From NCBI GenBank assembly GCA_965203805.1, contig OZ241917.1, positions 3,840,001 through 3,904,000 of the forward strand: a stretch of 64,000 nt of DNA, given 5' to 3'. Below are positions 30,259-39,633 of this stretch, piece after piece. The notes beneath the pieces were generated by a model. That model worked only from the letters and a program-made list of their open reading frames with translations. It was not told where the DNA came from and searched no databases. Each line of letters starts with the position of its first letter. The first letter of the stretch is position 1. The translations under genes and the position numbers were made by a program. Source of the DNA: Candidatus Latescibacterota bacterium (GTDB taxonomy: Bacteria > Latescibacterota > UBA2968 > GCA-2709665).

Positions 30259-31932
30259 TTATTCGTCCGTCACGCATCCCTCGGAAGCCGTGGTCACGGT
30301 TTTGATGTATTTGTATAGCGTACCTTGCGTTGCCTTGAATGGCGGCGCCGTCCAGGCCGCTCGCCGTTTCGCCAGTTCCTCGCCGCCCAGGTCGACGCTG
30401 ATCTCGTTGGCTTCCGCGTCGATTGTGATCACGTCCCCGTTTTCGACCAGGGCGATGGCGCCGCCCTCCTGCGCTTCGGGCGTGATATGCCCCACGACGA
30501 ACCCGTGCGAACCCCCCGAAAAGCGTCCGTCCGTAATCAACGCCACGTCATTGCCCAGGCCCGCGCCCATGATCACCGACGTGGGCGTGAGCATCTCCGG
30601 CATACCGGGACCGCCTTTGGGCCCCTCATAACGGATGACGACAACGCATCCCTTCCTGACATCGTCTCGCTCCACCGCACCGAGGAGGTCCTCCTCGCGG
30701 TCGAACACCATCGCGGGCCCGGTGAACCGCACGCCCTCCTTGCCTGTGATCTTTGCCACCGCGCCCTCCGACGCCAGATTTCCTCTCAAGATCCGCAAAT
30801 GGCCCGTGGCCTTGATCGGCCGATCCATCGGCCGGACCACCTGCTGCCCTTCGTCGAGCCCGGGCAACTCGGCCAGGTTCTCCGCAATCGTCCCGCCCGT
30901 TACCGTCAGGCAGTCGCCGTTCAGCAGGCCGTTCTCCAGCAGGTACTTCATCGCGCCGGGCGTTCCGCCCACGTTGTGCAGATCCTCCATGACGAACTGT
31001 CCGCTGGGCTTGAAGTCCGACAACAATGGTACCCGGTCGCTCACCGCCTGAAAATCGTCGATTGTCAACGAGACGCCGACGGATTTCGCAATTGCGATCA
31101 TGTGCAACACCGCGTTGGTCGATCCGCCAAGGGCCATGATCACGACCATCGCGTTTTGGAACGCCTCGCGGGTCATAATGTCCCGAGGCTTGATGTCCTT
31201 CTCCAGCAGGTTCCGGATGGCCGCGCCGGACTGGAAGCACTCCTCCAGCTTTCCCTTGTCCACGGCCGGCGTCGAGGAACTGTAGGGCAGCGACATGCCC
31301 ATCGCTTCGATGGCGGAGGCCATGGTATTCGCGGTATACATCCCCCCGCACGCGCCAGCGCCCGGGCAGGCGTGCTGCACAACGCCCTTCCGCCCCTCCT
31401 CGTCCAGTTCGCCGGCCAGGTACTCGCCGTAGCTCTGAAAAGCGGACACGATGTCGAGCTTCTTCTGGTTGCTGAAGCCCGGTTTGATGGTCCCTCCGTA
31501 GATCATCAATGACGGCCGGTTCAACCGCCCCATGGCCATCACGCAGCCCGGCATGTTCTTGTCGCAGCCCGGGAGGGATATATTGGCGTCGTACCACTGC
31601 GCGCCCATTACCGTTTCGATGGAATCCGCGATGAGGTCCCGCGACTGCAGCGAAAAGCTCATGCCCTCGGTCCCCATCGAAATCCCGTCGCTGACGCCGA
31701 TGGTGTTGAAGCGCATGCCAAGCAGACCCGCCGCATCCACGCCCTGCTTCACCTTCGCCGCGAGGTCCAGGAGGTGCATGTTGCAGGTATTGCCCTCGTA
31801 CCACATGCTGGCGATGCCGACCTGAGCCTTGTCCATATCGGCTTCGGTCATTCCGGTTCCGTACAACATTGCCTGGGACGCGCCCTGGGACTTCACCTGT
31901 GTAATCCGGGAGCTGTACTTGTTCAGCGCCAT
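30259..31932 (-). CDS. ilvD: Dihydroxy-acid dehydratase
   Basis: [55 protein letters not shown] and TDGRFSGG. Confidence 0.98.
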   Translation of the reverse strand: MALNKYSSRITQVKSQGASQAMLYGTGMTEADMDKAQVGIASMWYEGNTCNMHLLDLAAKVKQGVDAAGLLGMRFNTIGVSDGISMGTEGMSFSLQSRDLIADSIETVMGAQWYDANISLPGCDKNMPGCVMAMGRLNRPSLMIYGGTIKPGFSNQKKLDIVSAFQSYGEYLAGELDEEGRKGVVQHACPGAGACGGMYTANTMASAIEAMGMSLPYSSSTPAVDKGKLEECFQSGAAIRNLLEKDIKPRDIMTREAFQNAMVVIMALGGSTNAVLHMIAIAKSVGVSLTIDDFQAVSDRVPLLSDFKPSGQFVMEDLHNVGGTPGAMKYLLENGLLNGDCLTVTGGTIAENLAELPGLDEGQQVVRPMDRPIKATGHLRILRGNLASEGAVAKITGKEGVRFTGPAMVFDREEDLLGAVERDDVRKGCVVVIRYEGPKGGPGMPEMLTPTSVIMGAGLGNDVALITDGRFSGGSHGFVVGHITPEAQEGGAIALVENGDVITIDAEANEISVDLGGEELAKRRAAWTAPPFKATQGTLYKYIKTVTTASEGCVTDE

Positions 31933-32154
31933 GGTGTTCCTTTCTCCGTTCTCGCTCTGAAACCGTATCGTTCGCGGTTCCGTGACATTTCCGTTTTGTA
32001 TCCTTTTAATCGAGATTTAATTTAATCGAATGCACCAGACCCGTCAACTGTCACAAAAAAGCTGTCAGCGGTCAGCCATCAGCGCTCAGCAAAAAGCAAA
32101 AGGCAAAGACCAAACTGCAAATCGTAAACTGCGCCGCTCGGAGCAGGGCCGGGA

Positions 32155-32314
32155 CCTACCCCCTGACCCCCTTCCTGAAGGAAGGGGGAAGCGGGATTCT
32201 ATCGCGGTGTCCTGGTTTTGCCTCAAGCTGTCTGCTCCCCCTCTCCCCTTGGGAGAGGGGGTTGGGGGGTGAGGGCATCCCCCCGGGAGAGGGGGCCGGA
32301 GGGAGAGGTCTGCG
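32155..32314. repeat. Composite REP-like hairpin element (longest copy)
   Basis: Combines the 16765-type and 27231-type modules. Confidence 0.75.
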
Positions 32315-32642
32315 TAAATTCGGTGAGACGTAAGAGGGTAGACGGTAGATGACGTCTTTGCCCGATTGGTTCTTCCACTATGCCTGCGGCAAGAGATGAT
32401 ACCGAACAGGCAATCATGTCTTCTCCCGTCTCCCGTCTAACGTCTCCCCGCCTTTAGGGAATTTGGGGAAAAGGGGTTTTGAATTTGATGTTCGACTTCG
32501 ATTCAAGCTGTTCCCTGCCTTTTCCTTTGTGTCTTCGTGTCTTTGTGTGAGCGGTTTTCGCTCTTGCTTCAAGCTGAATGCTGAAAGCTGACCGCTGATT
32601 GCTGTTTTTCTCCCCTCTTATCGCCTTTAGGAGACCTTCTCC

Positions 32643-33920
32643 ATGACGACTGGAGAGGCCTCCACGATTCATCCTGCACAGGGTTCGAGCGCCGCGCCAG
32701 TCCCGCAGACGGAACGCATCGACTCGATCGACGTCCTGCGCGGCTTCGCCCTGCTCGGCATCCTCGTGATGAACATCCAGGCATTTGCCATGCCCCAGAC
32801 GGCGTACTTCAACCCGACCGCGTACGGCGACCTCACCGGCGCGAACCGCTACGTCTGGATCGCGGGCCGTATGTTCGCCGACCAGAAGTTCATGACCATC
32901 TTCTCGATGCTGTTCGGCGCGGGCATCGTCCTGATGACGGCGCGGGCCGAGGCTCGCGGTGACGGCCGCAGGGTGCATTACCGCCGCATGAGATGGCTGC
33001 TGGTCATCGGGCTTCTCCATGGATACCTTCTCTGGTGGGGCGATATCCTCTTCCATTACGCGGTCTGCGGGATGCTGGTGTACCCGCTGCGCCGGCAGTC
33101 GCCGGGAAGGCTGATCGCAATCGGATTGGCGCTGCTCGTGGCTGCTTCCGCGTTCTGGGGCCTGGTGGGCCTGTCATTTCCGTACTGGCCGGAGGAGGTA
33201 CGCACCGAGATCGAGGAAGAAGCCTGGCGGCCGACGCCGGAGAAGATCGACACGGAACTCGCCACGTACCGCGGCGGCTGGCTCGATCAGTTGCCGCACC
33301 GTTCGGCGACCGCGCTGGGTATGCAGACGTTATTGCTGATCATTTGGGTTGTATGGCGCGCCGGCGGGTTGATGCTGATCGGGATGGCGCTTTTCAAGAA
33401 AGAGGTGTTCAGCGCGCGGCGCTCGTCCGGCTTCTACGCGGCGCTGATCGCCGTGGCGGCCGTGGTCGGCCTTCCGCTACAGGCATACGGAATCTCACTC
33501 AGTTTTGCGGACGCATGGTCGTTCGGTTCGCTATTCGTAGACACGCAACTCGTCTACTGGGCGAGCATCGCGGTCGGGCTCGGCTACGTCGGCGCCGTCA
33601 TGCTGGCGTGCCGGACGGCGGCGCTTCGCCGCGTCACGCGTCCGTTCGCGGCCGTGGGCCAGACCGCCCTCACCAACTACCTGCTGCAGACGGTCATCTG
33701 TACGACGATCTTCTACGGACACGGCCTCGGTCTGTTCGGCGCCGTGGACCGCGTTGGGCAGGTTGGCGTCATGGCTGGCGTCTGGGCGGTGCAGCTCATC
33801 GCGTCGCCGCTTTGGCTGAGGCGGTTTCGCTTGGGTCCCGTCGAGTGGCTCTGGCGGTCGCTCACCTACCGCGCGCGCCAGCCCATGCGGCGGAACCCGG
33901 TCCCGTTAACCGCGGAGTGA
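32643..33920 (+). CDS. DUF418 (YeiB-like) membrane protein
   Basis: RIDSIDVLRGFALLGILVMNI, KF.TIFSMLFGAG, GDIL..YA, VGQTALTNYLLQ and GPVEWLWR. Confidence 0.92.
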   Translation: MTTGEASTIHPAQGSSAAPVPQTERIDSIDVLRGFALLGILVMNIQAFAMPQTAYFNPTAYGDLTGANRYVWIAGRMFADQKFMTIFSMLFGAGIVLMTARAEARGDGRRVHYRRMRWLLVIGLLHGYLLWWGDILFHYAVCGMLVYPLRRQSPGRLIAIGLALLVAASAFWGLVGLSFPYWPEEVRTEIEEEAWRPTPEKIDTELATYRGGWLDQLPHRSATALGMQTLLLIIWVVWRAGGLMLIGMALFKKEVFSARRSSGFYAALIAVAAVVGLPLQAYGISLSFADAWSFGSLFVDTQLVYWASIAVGLGYVGAVMLACRTAALRRVTRPFAAVGQTALTNYLLQTVICTTIFYGHGLGLFGAVDRVGQVGVMAGVWAVQLIASPLWLRRFRLGPVEWLWRSLTYRARQPMRRNPVPLTAE

Positions 33921-34020
33921 CCGCCAAGGGTTCAGGGCGGGCGAAGTCCACCTGACTGGAAAGATCTCTCTCGTGCCGATCGCGCCTGTTTGCGGGATTC
34001 CAAAAAACGGATCGCCCCGC

Positions 34021-34049
34021 TTGACAGGGCGAGGCGACCGGGCTAAATT
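34021..34049 (+). promoter_or_regulatory. Duplicate of the ssrA promoter upstream of a small ORF
   Basis: CGCCCCGC-TTGACA-GGGCGAGGCGACCGGGC-TAAATT, near-identical to 34522-34558. Confidence 0.7.
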
Positions 34050-34145
34050 TTGAACAGTTGGGCGACACCATCTGCCCCAACCTTGAATTCGAAATCGTAA
34101 ATTCCCTCTCCCATTCAGTATTGGTGTTGTTGAAAAGGATACAAG

Positions 34146-34358
34146 ATGAACGAGGTGGAAACCAGAGTTACGGATCTTGACAGTCGCCAAGCCAGACTCG
34201 AAGGCGTCATCGAACAGGTCAATGAGCGCCTGAACAGCATTGACAGGCGTTTGGATGGACAGCAACAATGGTTGCGATGGATTGTCGGGATCCAGATCAC
34301 GTCCTTCGTTACACTGGGCAGTCTTATCATTACCGTCGTTTTGAAACTCTATTCATGA
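34146..34358 (+). CDS. Small coiled-coil protein with a C-terminal TM helix
   Basis: AAAGGA RBS, heptad pattern, then WIVGIQITSFVTLGSLIITVVL. Confidence 0.7.
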   Translation: MNEVETRVTDLDSRQARLEGVIEQVNERLNSIDRRLDGQQQWLRWIVGIQITSFVTLGSLIITVVLKLYS

Positions 34359-34529
34359 CCGTTACCCAAGGCTCTGGATGAATCCAGGCCCATCCTCGAT
34401 ACCCTCCAGAAGTTCCCCGCCATCCAGATTTCCACCGTCCGTTTTCCTGCACGCTTCCAGATTGAAGTTTCAGGACGGTTTTCCATCCCTGCCTTTGCCC
34501 ACTGTATAGCCCGGAAAAGACCGCCCCGC

Positions 34530-34558
34530 TTGACAGGGCGAGGCTGCCGGGCTATATT
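34530..34558 (+). promoter_or_regulatory. ssrA sigma70 promoter
   Basis: TTGACA-N17-TATATT about 40 bp upstream of the tmRNA 5' end. Confidence 0.75.
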
Positions 34559-34599
34559 TTCATCGGTCCGGGCGACCAGGCGAATCGGGCTTATCGTGT

Positions 34600-34959
34600 G
34601 GGGGCGACCTGGATTCGACGGGGGTGGAGAGGCGATGGCTGCGTGTCGAGGTCCCATAACCTCGTTAAATCGTGGGAACACTCTATAATTGCGGACGATA
34701 CGTACGCAATGGCTGCGTAACGAAAACGCAGCCCGTTCCGCCGGGCTTCGCCCGCAGGGCCCGACCGGAGCGCCGACTAATGCGGGCTGGCTCGCGGACC
34801 TCCGTTCGAGGGTGCGAGAGCGAGAGCTGTTCGAACTGGCGTGCCGGCAACCCCGTTTACCGGGGCGCCGTCGCGTGAGATTCAAAAGGTAAACTACACA
34901 CGTAGACGCTGTCGTTGATCTGCTTTCGGACGCGGGTTCGATTCCCGCCGCCTCCACCA
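34600..34959 (+). ncRNA. ssrA: tmRNA
   Basis: 5' GGGGGCGACCTGGATTCGAC pairs with 3' CGCCTCC-ACCA, including the G3-U wobble. T-arm GGGTTCGATTCCC. Tag frame 34691-34720 reads ADDTYAMAA*. Confidence 0.97.
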
Positions 34960-35235
34960 TACAATCCCCTCAATCCGTTGTCTTCAGTCAATCGACCGGC
35001 CGGACAAATCATACCCCCTGTTGATTTACCGAAGTCCGGCTTTTCCGTTTTACACGCCAATCTGCAGAGCCCCCGTCGCGTTGTCGTATCAACAGCTTTC
35101 CTGTCTCCAGACCAACCTCGGCCCGCAGGCGCACGTCAGTGCGCACCGCAAACAGCAGCGCCGGACCACCTGGTTTCGTCATTCCTTCCATAGCCGCTAA
35201 TTGCGCCATGAAGCGTTCGTTAACCTCCCGTAGAA

Positions 35236-36678
35236 GTGAAGCGCCCGACCATCACCGGCAGCCGAATCGGGCAAGAATACCATAGCCGGTATGGATCCGC
35301 CCGGATGAGCACGAACACACTGACGGCATCGCACTGCGACCGAGCCATATGCGGCACGTCCCGGCGCCACGCCAGGCGTTGTCCGGAGGTTGCGCGTCTC
35401 CTCCGGACGGTCGGATTCGTACTGGTATCCGCGGCGGCGCTTAGCGCATGCCGTACCGACGAGAAACGCGCCGCAAGCACCTCAGAATGCGTGTCGTGTC
35501 ACCGGGAAACGACGCCGAACATCGTCAAGGACTGGGAATTGAGCCAGCACCGCGTAAGGGGCGTGGACTGCGCCATGTGCCATGGGTCCGAGCATCGTTC
35601 GGCAGAGGACGTTGAGCTTGTCAAGACCGCCACACCGGATGTCTGCGCCACCTGCCACCCGGTCCAGACAGACCAATTCAAGGCTGGCAAACACGCGTTG
35701 GCATGGGCCAGCATGGAGGCCATGCCAACGACCCATTGGCTGCCCATGGCGCTCACCGGCGGCATGAAGGGATGTGGAGGATGCCACCAGGTTGGGATCA
35801 AGAGTGAAGAGCAGATTCGCCGGTTGAAGGATGAAGGCATCCGGTTTGGTCTGGCCTCCTGCGACGCCTGTCACACCAGGCATCTCTTTTCCGTGAAGGA
35901 AGCGCGGGAGCCTCAAGCCTGCCGCACGTGCCATATGGGCATGGACCATCCTCAGTGGGAGATGTATTCTTCGTCGAAGCACGGCGTCCGGCATGCGCTC
36001 AAACAGAGCGGAACGTTGCCCGCGGAAGCCGCGGCCCCGACCTGCCAGACGTGTCACATGCCCAAAGGGGACCATGAAGTGCGGACGGCCTGGGGCTTCC
36101 TCGCCGTCCGGCTTCCCATGCCGGAGGACGAGCGGTGGGCGGCCGACCGGGCCACCATTCTCACGGCCCTCGGCGTATTGGATCCGGAGGGAAATCCGAC
36201 CGCGCGGCTGGACGTTGTCAAAAAAGCAGACGTTGCCCGGCTCACGCAGGAAGACTGGCAAAGGGAGAGAGACCGGATGATTCACGTTTGCGAACAGTGC
36301 CATTCCGGCAATCTCGTCCGCGCCGAAATGAAGAAGGGCGACGACATGGTTCGCGAAACCGACCGGCTGCTGGCCGAGGCGATCCGCATCATCGCGGGCC
36401 TGTACAAAGACGGGACGCTTCGCAAGCCGGACCACTACGCGTACGACTATCCCGACCTGCTGGCGTTCCACGACGCGCCCACCGTCATCGAACAGAGACT
36501 CTTCAAAATGCACCTGGAACACAGAATGAGGGCGTTTCAGGGGACGTTTCACAACAATCCCGATTACGCGCTCTGGTACGGTTGGAGCGAGATGCTTCAG
36601 GATCTGACCGAGATCAGGACCCTGGCGGAAGAGATGCGCGGAAACCATCAGCGGATGCCCCGGAACCCGTCCGAGTGA
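35236..36678 (+). CDS. Octaheme HAO-family cytochrome c, probable lipoprotein (start uncertain)
   Basis: Eight CxxCH motifs (CVSCH, CAMCH, CATCH, CGGCH, CDACH, CRTCH, CQTCH, CEQCH). Also CHTRHLFS, CHMGMDHPQWEMY..SKHG, HNNPDYALWYGW and lipobox LSA-C. Confidence 0.88.
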   Translation: MKRPTITGSRIGQEYHSRYGSARMSTNTLTASHCDRAICGTSRRHARRCPEVARLLRTVGFVLVSAAALSACRTDEKRAASTSECVSCHRETTPNIVKDWELSQHRVRGVDCAMCHGSEHRSAEDVELVKTATPDVCATCHPVQTDQFKAGKHALAWASMEAMPTTHWLPMALTGGMKGCGGCHQVGIKSEEQIRRLKDEGIRFGLASCDACHTRHLFSVKEAREPQACRTCHMGMDHPQWEMYSSSKHGVRHALKQSGTLPAEAAAPTCQTCHMPKGDHEVRTAWGFLAVRLPMPEDERWAADRATILTALGVLDPEGNPTARLDVVKKADVARLTQEDWQRERDRMIHVCEQCHSGNLVRAEMKKGDDMVRETDRLLAEAIRIIAGLYKDGTLRKPDHYAYDYPDLLAFHDAPTVIEQRLFKMHLEHRMRAFQGTFHNNPDYALWYGWSEMLQDLTEIRTLAEEMRGNHQRMPRNPSE

Positions 36679-37292
36679 CCGACTTCACCATCATCCTGAG
36701 TATCTTGGCGGTTGCAACCCTCGGCGCGATCGTATTTCTCGTTCGCAGACCCGAACTGGCGTCCAATCTGGGGGGAAAGGTCCTCGCGTTCCTGGCGCTC
36801 TGCATCCTGCCGGGACTCCTGCTGATCGGCGGCGCGGAACGCCACTACGAACAGGCCAAGACCACGACGTTCTGTGTTTCCTGTCACGTGATCCGGCCCT
36901 ACGCCGAGAGTCTCCTTATAGACCATCCGCGCTTCCTTCCCGCGTCGCACTTTCAGAACCGGCGAATACCCGCCGAGCGTGCCTGTTATACCTGCCACAC
37001 CAACTACACGATGTTCGGGGACGTCGACGACAAGGTCAGAGGCGTGCGGCACGTGTGGCACGCCGTGTTGGGTACCGGGTCCGATCCGGTCGTGCTGTAC
37101 AAGCCGTTCGAGAATCTCGCCTGTCTGAATTGCCACGAAGGCGCCCGCTCTTACGCGGAGCAGGTAGCCCATGTCCCATTCAGGACGCAACTGGCGGAAG
37201 GTGAAATGTCATGCCTGATGTGCCACAACCTGATTCACGCGGTCGACAAGCTGGACCGGTTTCCGCGGTGGGATCCGGTGTCAGCACGATGA
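36675..37292 (+). CDS. NapC/NirT-family membrane-anchored tetraheme cytochrome c
   Basis: GTG start overlaps the previous TGA. N-terminal TM helices, TT.FCVSCH, then CYTCH, CLNCH and CLMCH. Confidence 0.85.
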   Translation: MTDFTIILSILAVATLGAIVFLVRRPELASNLGGKVLAFLALCILPGLLLIGGAERHYEQAKTTTFCVSCHVIRPYAESLLIDHPRFLPASHFQNRRIPAERACYTCHTNYTMFGDVDDKVRGVRHVWHAVLGTGSDPVVLYKPFENLACLNCHEGARSYAEQVAHVPFRTQLAEGEMSCLMCHNLIHAVDKLDRFPRWDPVSAR

Positions 37293-37543
37293 GCCGGCTT
37301 CGGATGCGCGGCCTGCGGACCGGAATTGCCGGGCGCCTCCAGGCGTCGGGATTGCTGATTGCATCGGGGCTCGCGCTCAAACTCGTCACGCTGTTCTGGA
37401 ACCATCCGATATCACTTTTCCTCTTCCTGATCCCGGGATCCCTGCTGGTGGGCGCAGGCATAGTGCTCTACCTTTGGTCCATCGTGACCAGGGCGGGGAA
37501 ATCGGACGCCAACGAAGAACGCGACCGACCTGCCACGCCTTGA
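37289..37543 (+). CDS. Small two-TM membrane protein
   Basis: ATGA overlap with the NapC-like gene. GLLIASGLALKLVTLFWNHPISLFLFLIPGSLLVGAGIVLYLW. Confidence 0.7.
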   Translation: MSRLRMRGLRTGIAGRLQASGLLIASGLALKLVTLFWNHPISLFLFLIPGSLLVGAGIVLYLWSIVTRAGKSDANEERDRPATP

Positions 37544-37659
37544 GGCGCCCAACCGCGGACAACGCCGGCGCCAGCGATGTGTTCGGACGACGCCCTTCCG
37601 CAGGGGTTCGATTCCCGCCGCCTCCACCAATTATTCCACGGCTTGTAATCCATCATATA

Positions 37660-37803
37660 AACGAACTCAGGGCCGGGTGAAGTCCGTTGCGTCCATTCGC
37701 GATTGACATCACCCGGCTCCGGTGCGTTCAGTGCGCCTGGCATCCTGAGCCGCTCCCTGAGCATGCGTTGCCCTGAGCTTGTCGAAGGGTCGAAGGGTCA
37801 AAA
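37660..37803 (+). repeat. ~140-bp direct repeat, left copy flanking the AbiE module
   Basis: ACTCAGGGCCGGGTGAAGTCCGTTGCG...CCCTGAGCTTGTCGAAGGGTCGAAGGGTC, near-identical to 38784-38922. Confidence 0.9.
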
Positions 37804-37933
37804 AGGGCACCGGAACGCGGGTGTTTTCCATATTGTGGCAGCGTGATTTCGATTTTTCTTGCCCTTTCGACCAGAATCAGACATAATATTATCACTTATT
37901 ATTAAATATAGACAATTTGTCCGAGCCCGAACC

Positions 37934-38527
37934 ATGCAAAGGCGAGCCGAAGAGATATTCCGCCGGCACGGCGGCCAACTTCGCATGAGCGAAGCACTGG
38001 CGCAAGGGATCACGCGCTACACGCTTTACACGCTGAGGGACCGGGGTGTTGTGGAGCCGGTGAGCAGGGGCATCTACCGGCTGGCGGAACTGCCTCCCTT
38101 CGGCAACCCGGACTTTGTGACCGTTAGCCTGCGCTTTCCAAACGCCGTAATCTGTCTTGTCTCCGCGCTGACGTTTCATGACCTGACGACCCAGATCCCC
38201 CGTGCGGTTTCCGTGGCGGTGCCGCGGGGGTCGCGTGCGCCGTCGCTGGACTACCCGCCTGTTCGCGCGCACAGGATCTCCACCGAAGCCTATGAGAACG
38301 GCATCCAAACACATCGGATCGATGGCGTGAATGTCAAAATCTACAGCCGCGAAAAGACCCTGGCCGACTGTTTCAAATTCCGCAATCGGATCGGGATGGA
38401 CGTCGTACTTGAGGCGCTGAGGTTTTACAGGGAACGAAACGGATTCGATCTCGGCGCTGTGCTCGCCTGCGCAAGGGTCTGTCGGGTGGAGAACGTGATG
38501 CGGCCCTATCTTGAGGCTATGCTGTGA
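37934..38527 (+). CDS. abiEi: AbiEi type IV TA antitoxin / transcriptional regulator
   Basis: IF..HGG.LR.SEA...GI....L..L...G..E.VSRGIYRL, P.AVICL.SAL.FHDLTTQIP and IYSREKTLADCFKFRN.IG. Confidence 0.88.
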   Translation: MQRRAEEIFRRHGGQLRMSEALAQGITRYTLYTLRDRGVVEPVSRGIYRLAELPPFGNPDFVTVSLRFPNAVICLVSALTFHDLTTQIPRAVSVAVPRGSRAPSLDYPPVRAHRISTEAYENGIQTHRIDGVNVKIYSREKTLADCFKFRNRIGMDVVLEALRFYRERNGFDLGAVLACARVCRVENVMRPYLEAML

Positions 38528-38766
38528 CGCCGCCCCGAAACGTGCCCGCCTCGGTTCGACAACGGCTCCTCAATCGGGCCAGGAGCGACCGGCGTCCGTT
38601 CAATGAGCTCTTGCAATACTTCGCCATGGAGCGGTTTCTCTATCGGCTTTCCCGATCCGACCATGTTGTAGCCTCAATCGCTGAATTCCTTTCGCCTATC
38701 ACCGCGGCCGTTTCCTCTGGACATCCATCACCGATCCGCTGGAACGCGCCTGGTCCGTGGACCTGA
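38524..38766 (+). pseudogene. abiEii: AbiEii nucleotidyltransferase toxin with an in-frame internal deletion
   Basis: The N-terminus NVPASVRQRLLN.AR...PF..LL..FAMERFLYRLS.S is fused directly to the C-terminal ..FL.P....W...GPW. The catalytic LKG/T.D.D core is absent. Only 80 aa. Confidence 0.8.
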
Positions 38767-38783
38767 GCGGACGACCTTGATTG

Positions 38784-38922
38784 AACGTACTCAGGGCCGG
38801 GTGAAGTCCGTTGCGTCCATTCGCGATTGACATCACCCGGCTCTGACGCGTTCAGTGCGCCTGCCATCCTGAGCCGCTCCCTGAGCTTGTCGAAGGGTCG
38901 AAGGGTCGGCGAAGGGTCAAAA
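38784..38922 (+). repeat. ~140-bp direct repeat, right copy
   Basis: Matches 37660-37803. Confidence 0.9.
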
Positions 38923-39031
38923 TACGTCACATGCGTCAACCCGGCGACGTTGGTGCTCCTTTGTAGCATTTTGCGGCACTTCGGCGCCGGATCATTGACG
39001 AATGGCCGCAGAATGCGACACTCGCGCGGAC

Positions 39032-39060
39032 TTGACAGAACAAATCTTCGCACTTATATT
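39032..39060 (+). promoter_or_regulatory. Putative sigma70 promoter with a long leader before the GT2 gene
   Basis: TTGACA-N17-TATATT. Confidence 0.55.
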
Positions 39061-39633
39061 CTGGCGGCTTCCGCCGCTCCAGCCCTCGCGTGCGGACAGC
39101 AGGGACTGGAGAACGTGAAGAGATGATGCCTTTCTAATTCAAACGCTCCGGGTTCTGGCCTGCTTCGTTCCGACCGTAGCTCCCATTTATCCTGATTGAC
39201 TGGCAGATGTTCGTTTTCGGATCAGGGAAAGGGCATCCAGTTGACGCTATGGGATCAGGAATTACCGTGAAGCGAGACTTTGAGAGTCAGAATGTTCTGT
39301 AGCATACTTAGACGTTATGTTTGAGTTGTCTTTGCCCACGGCTTTCGTTCCGAATCCGTGCGAGGTCGGATCCACGTTTCATAAGCACCAGTTAGCCAAT
39401 AGGAGGCTGGCTGTGCCGGCGTTCGTTTCTAGTAACGGACGCGTTTTCCGAATCATGCAAAACGAACGAGGGTTTCAGACTGGCAATCGGTGCCCCTTCA
39501 AGATCGGAATAAGCGGCCTGTTTACGTGTTCGTCCTACGCCGGCCACTTGATCAGTCGAACCGATCGTCTGCCAGCTCCTCGTAACATGTCGAACTAAAT
39601 CACGCGCCTCCGGCACCGCCGGGGGCGTATTTC

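Larger units (their letters stand above)
34934..37629. mobile_element. ssrA-integrated islet bounded by 26-bp att-like direct repeats
   Basis: GGGTTCGATTCCCGCCGCCTCCACCA at 34934-34959 and 37604-37629. No integrase gene inside. Confidence 0.75.

Noticed and set aside
27384-32610. Possible CRISPR arrays in the repeat-rich intergenic regions
   Set aside because: There is no constant repeat with regular unique spacers, and there are no cas genes.
34349-34960. 203-aa minus-strand ORF starting MVEAAGIEP, and a similar one at 37412-37630
   Set aside because: These are antisense shadows of the tmRNA and of its duplicated 3' end.
36135-36674. N-terminal extension of the 385-aa ORF
   Set aside because: It overlaps the octaheme gene out of frame. 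The real gene starts at GTG 36675.
35236-36678. Evidence for ammonia oxidation or anammox
   Set aside because: There are no amo, cycA or hzs genes in the window, and the crosslinking Tyr cannot be confirmed by eye.
37604-37629. Possible tRNA gene
   Set aside because: Only a T-arm and acceptor 3' strand identical to ssrA are present. There is no 5' half or anticodon arm.
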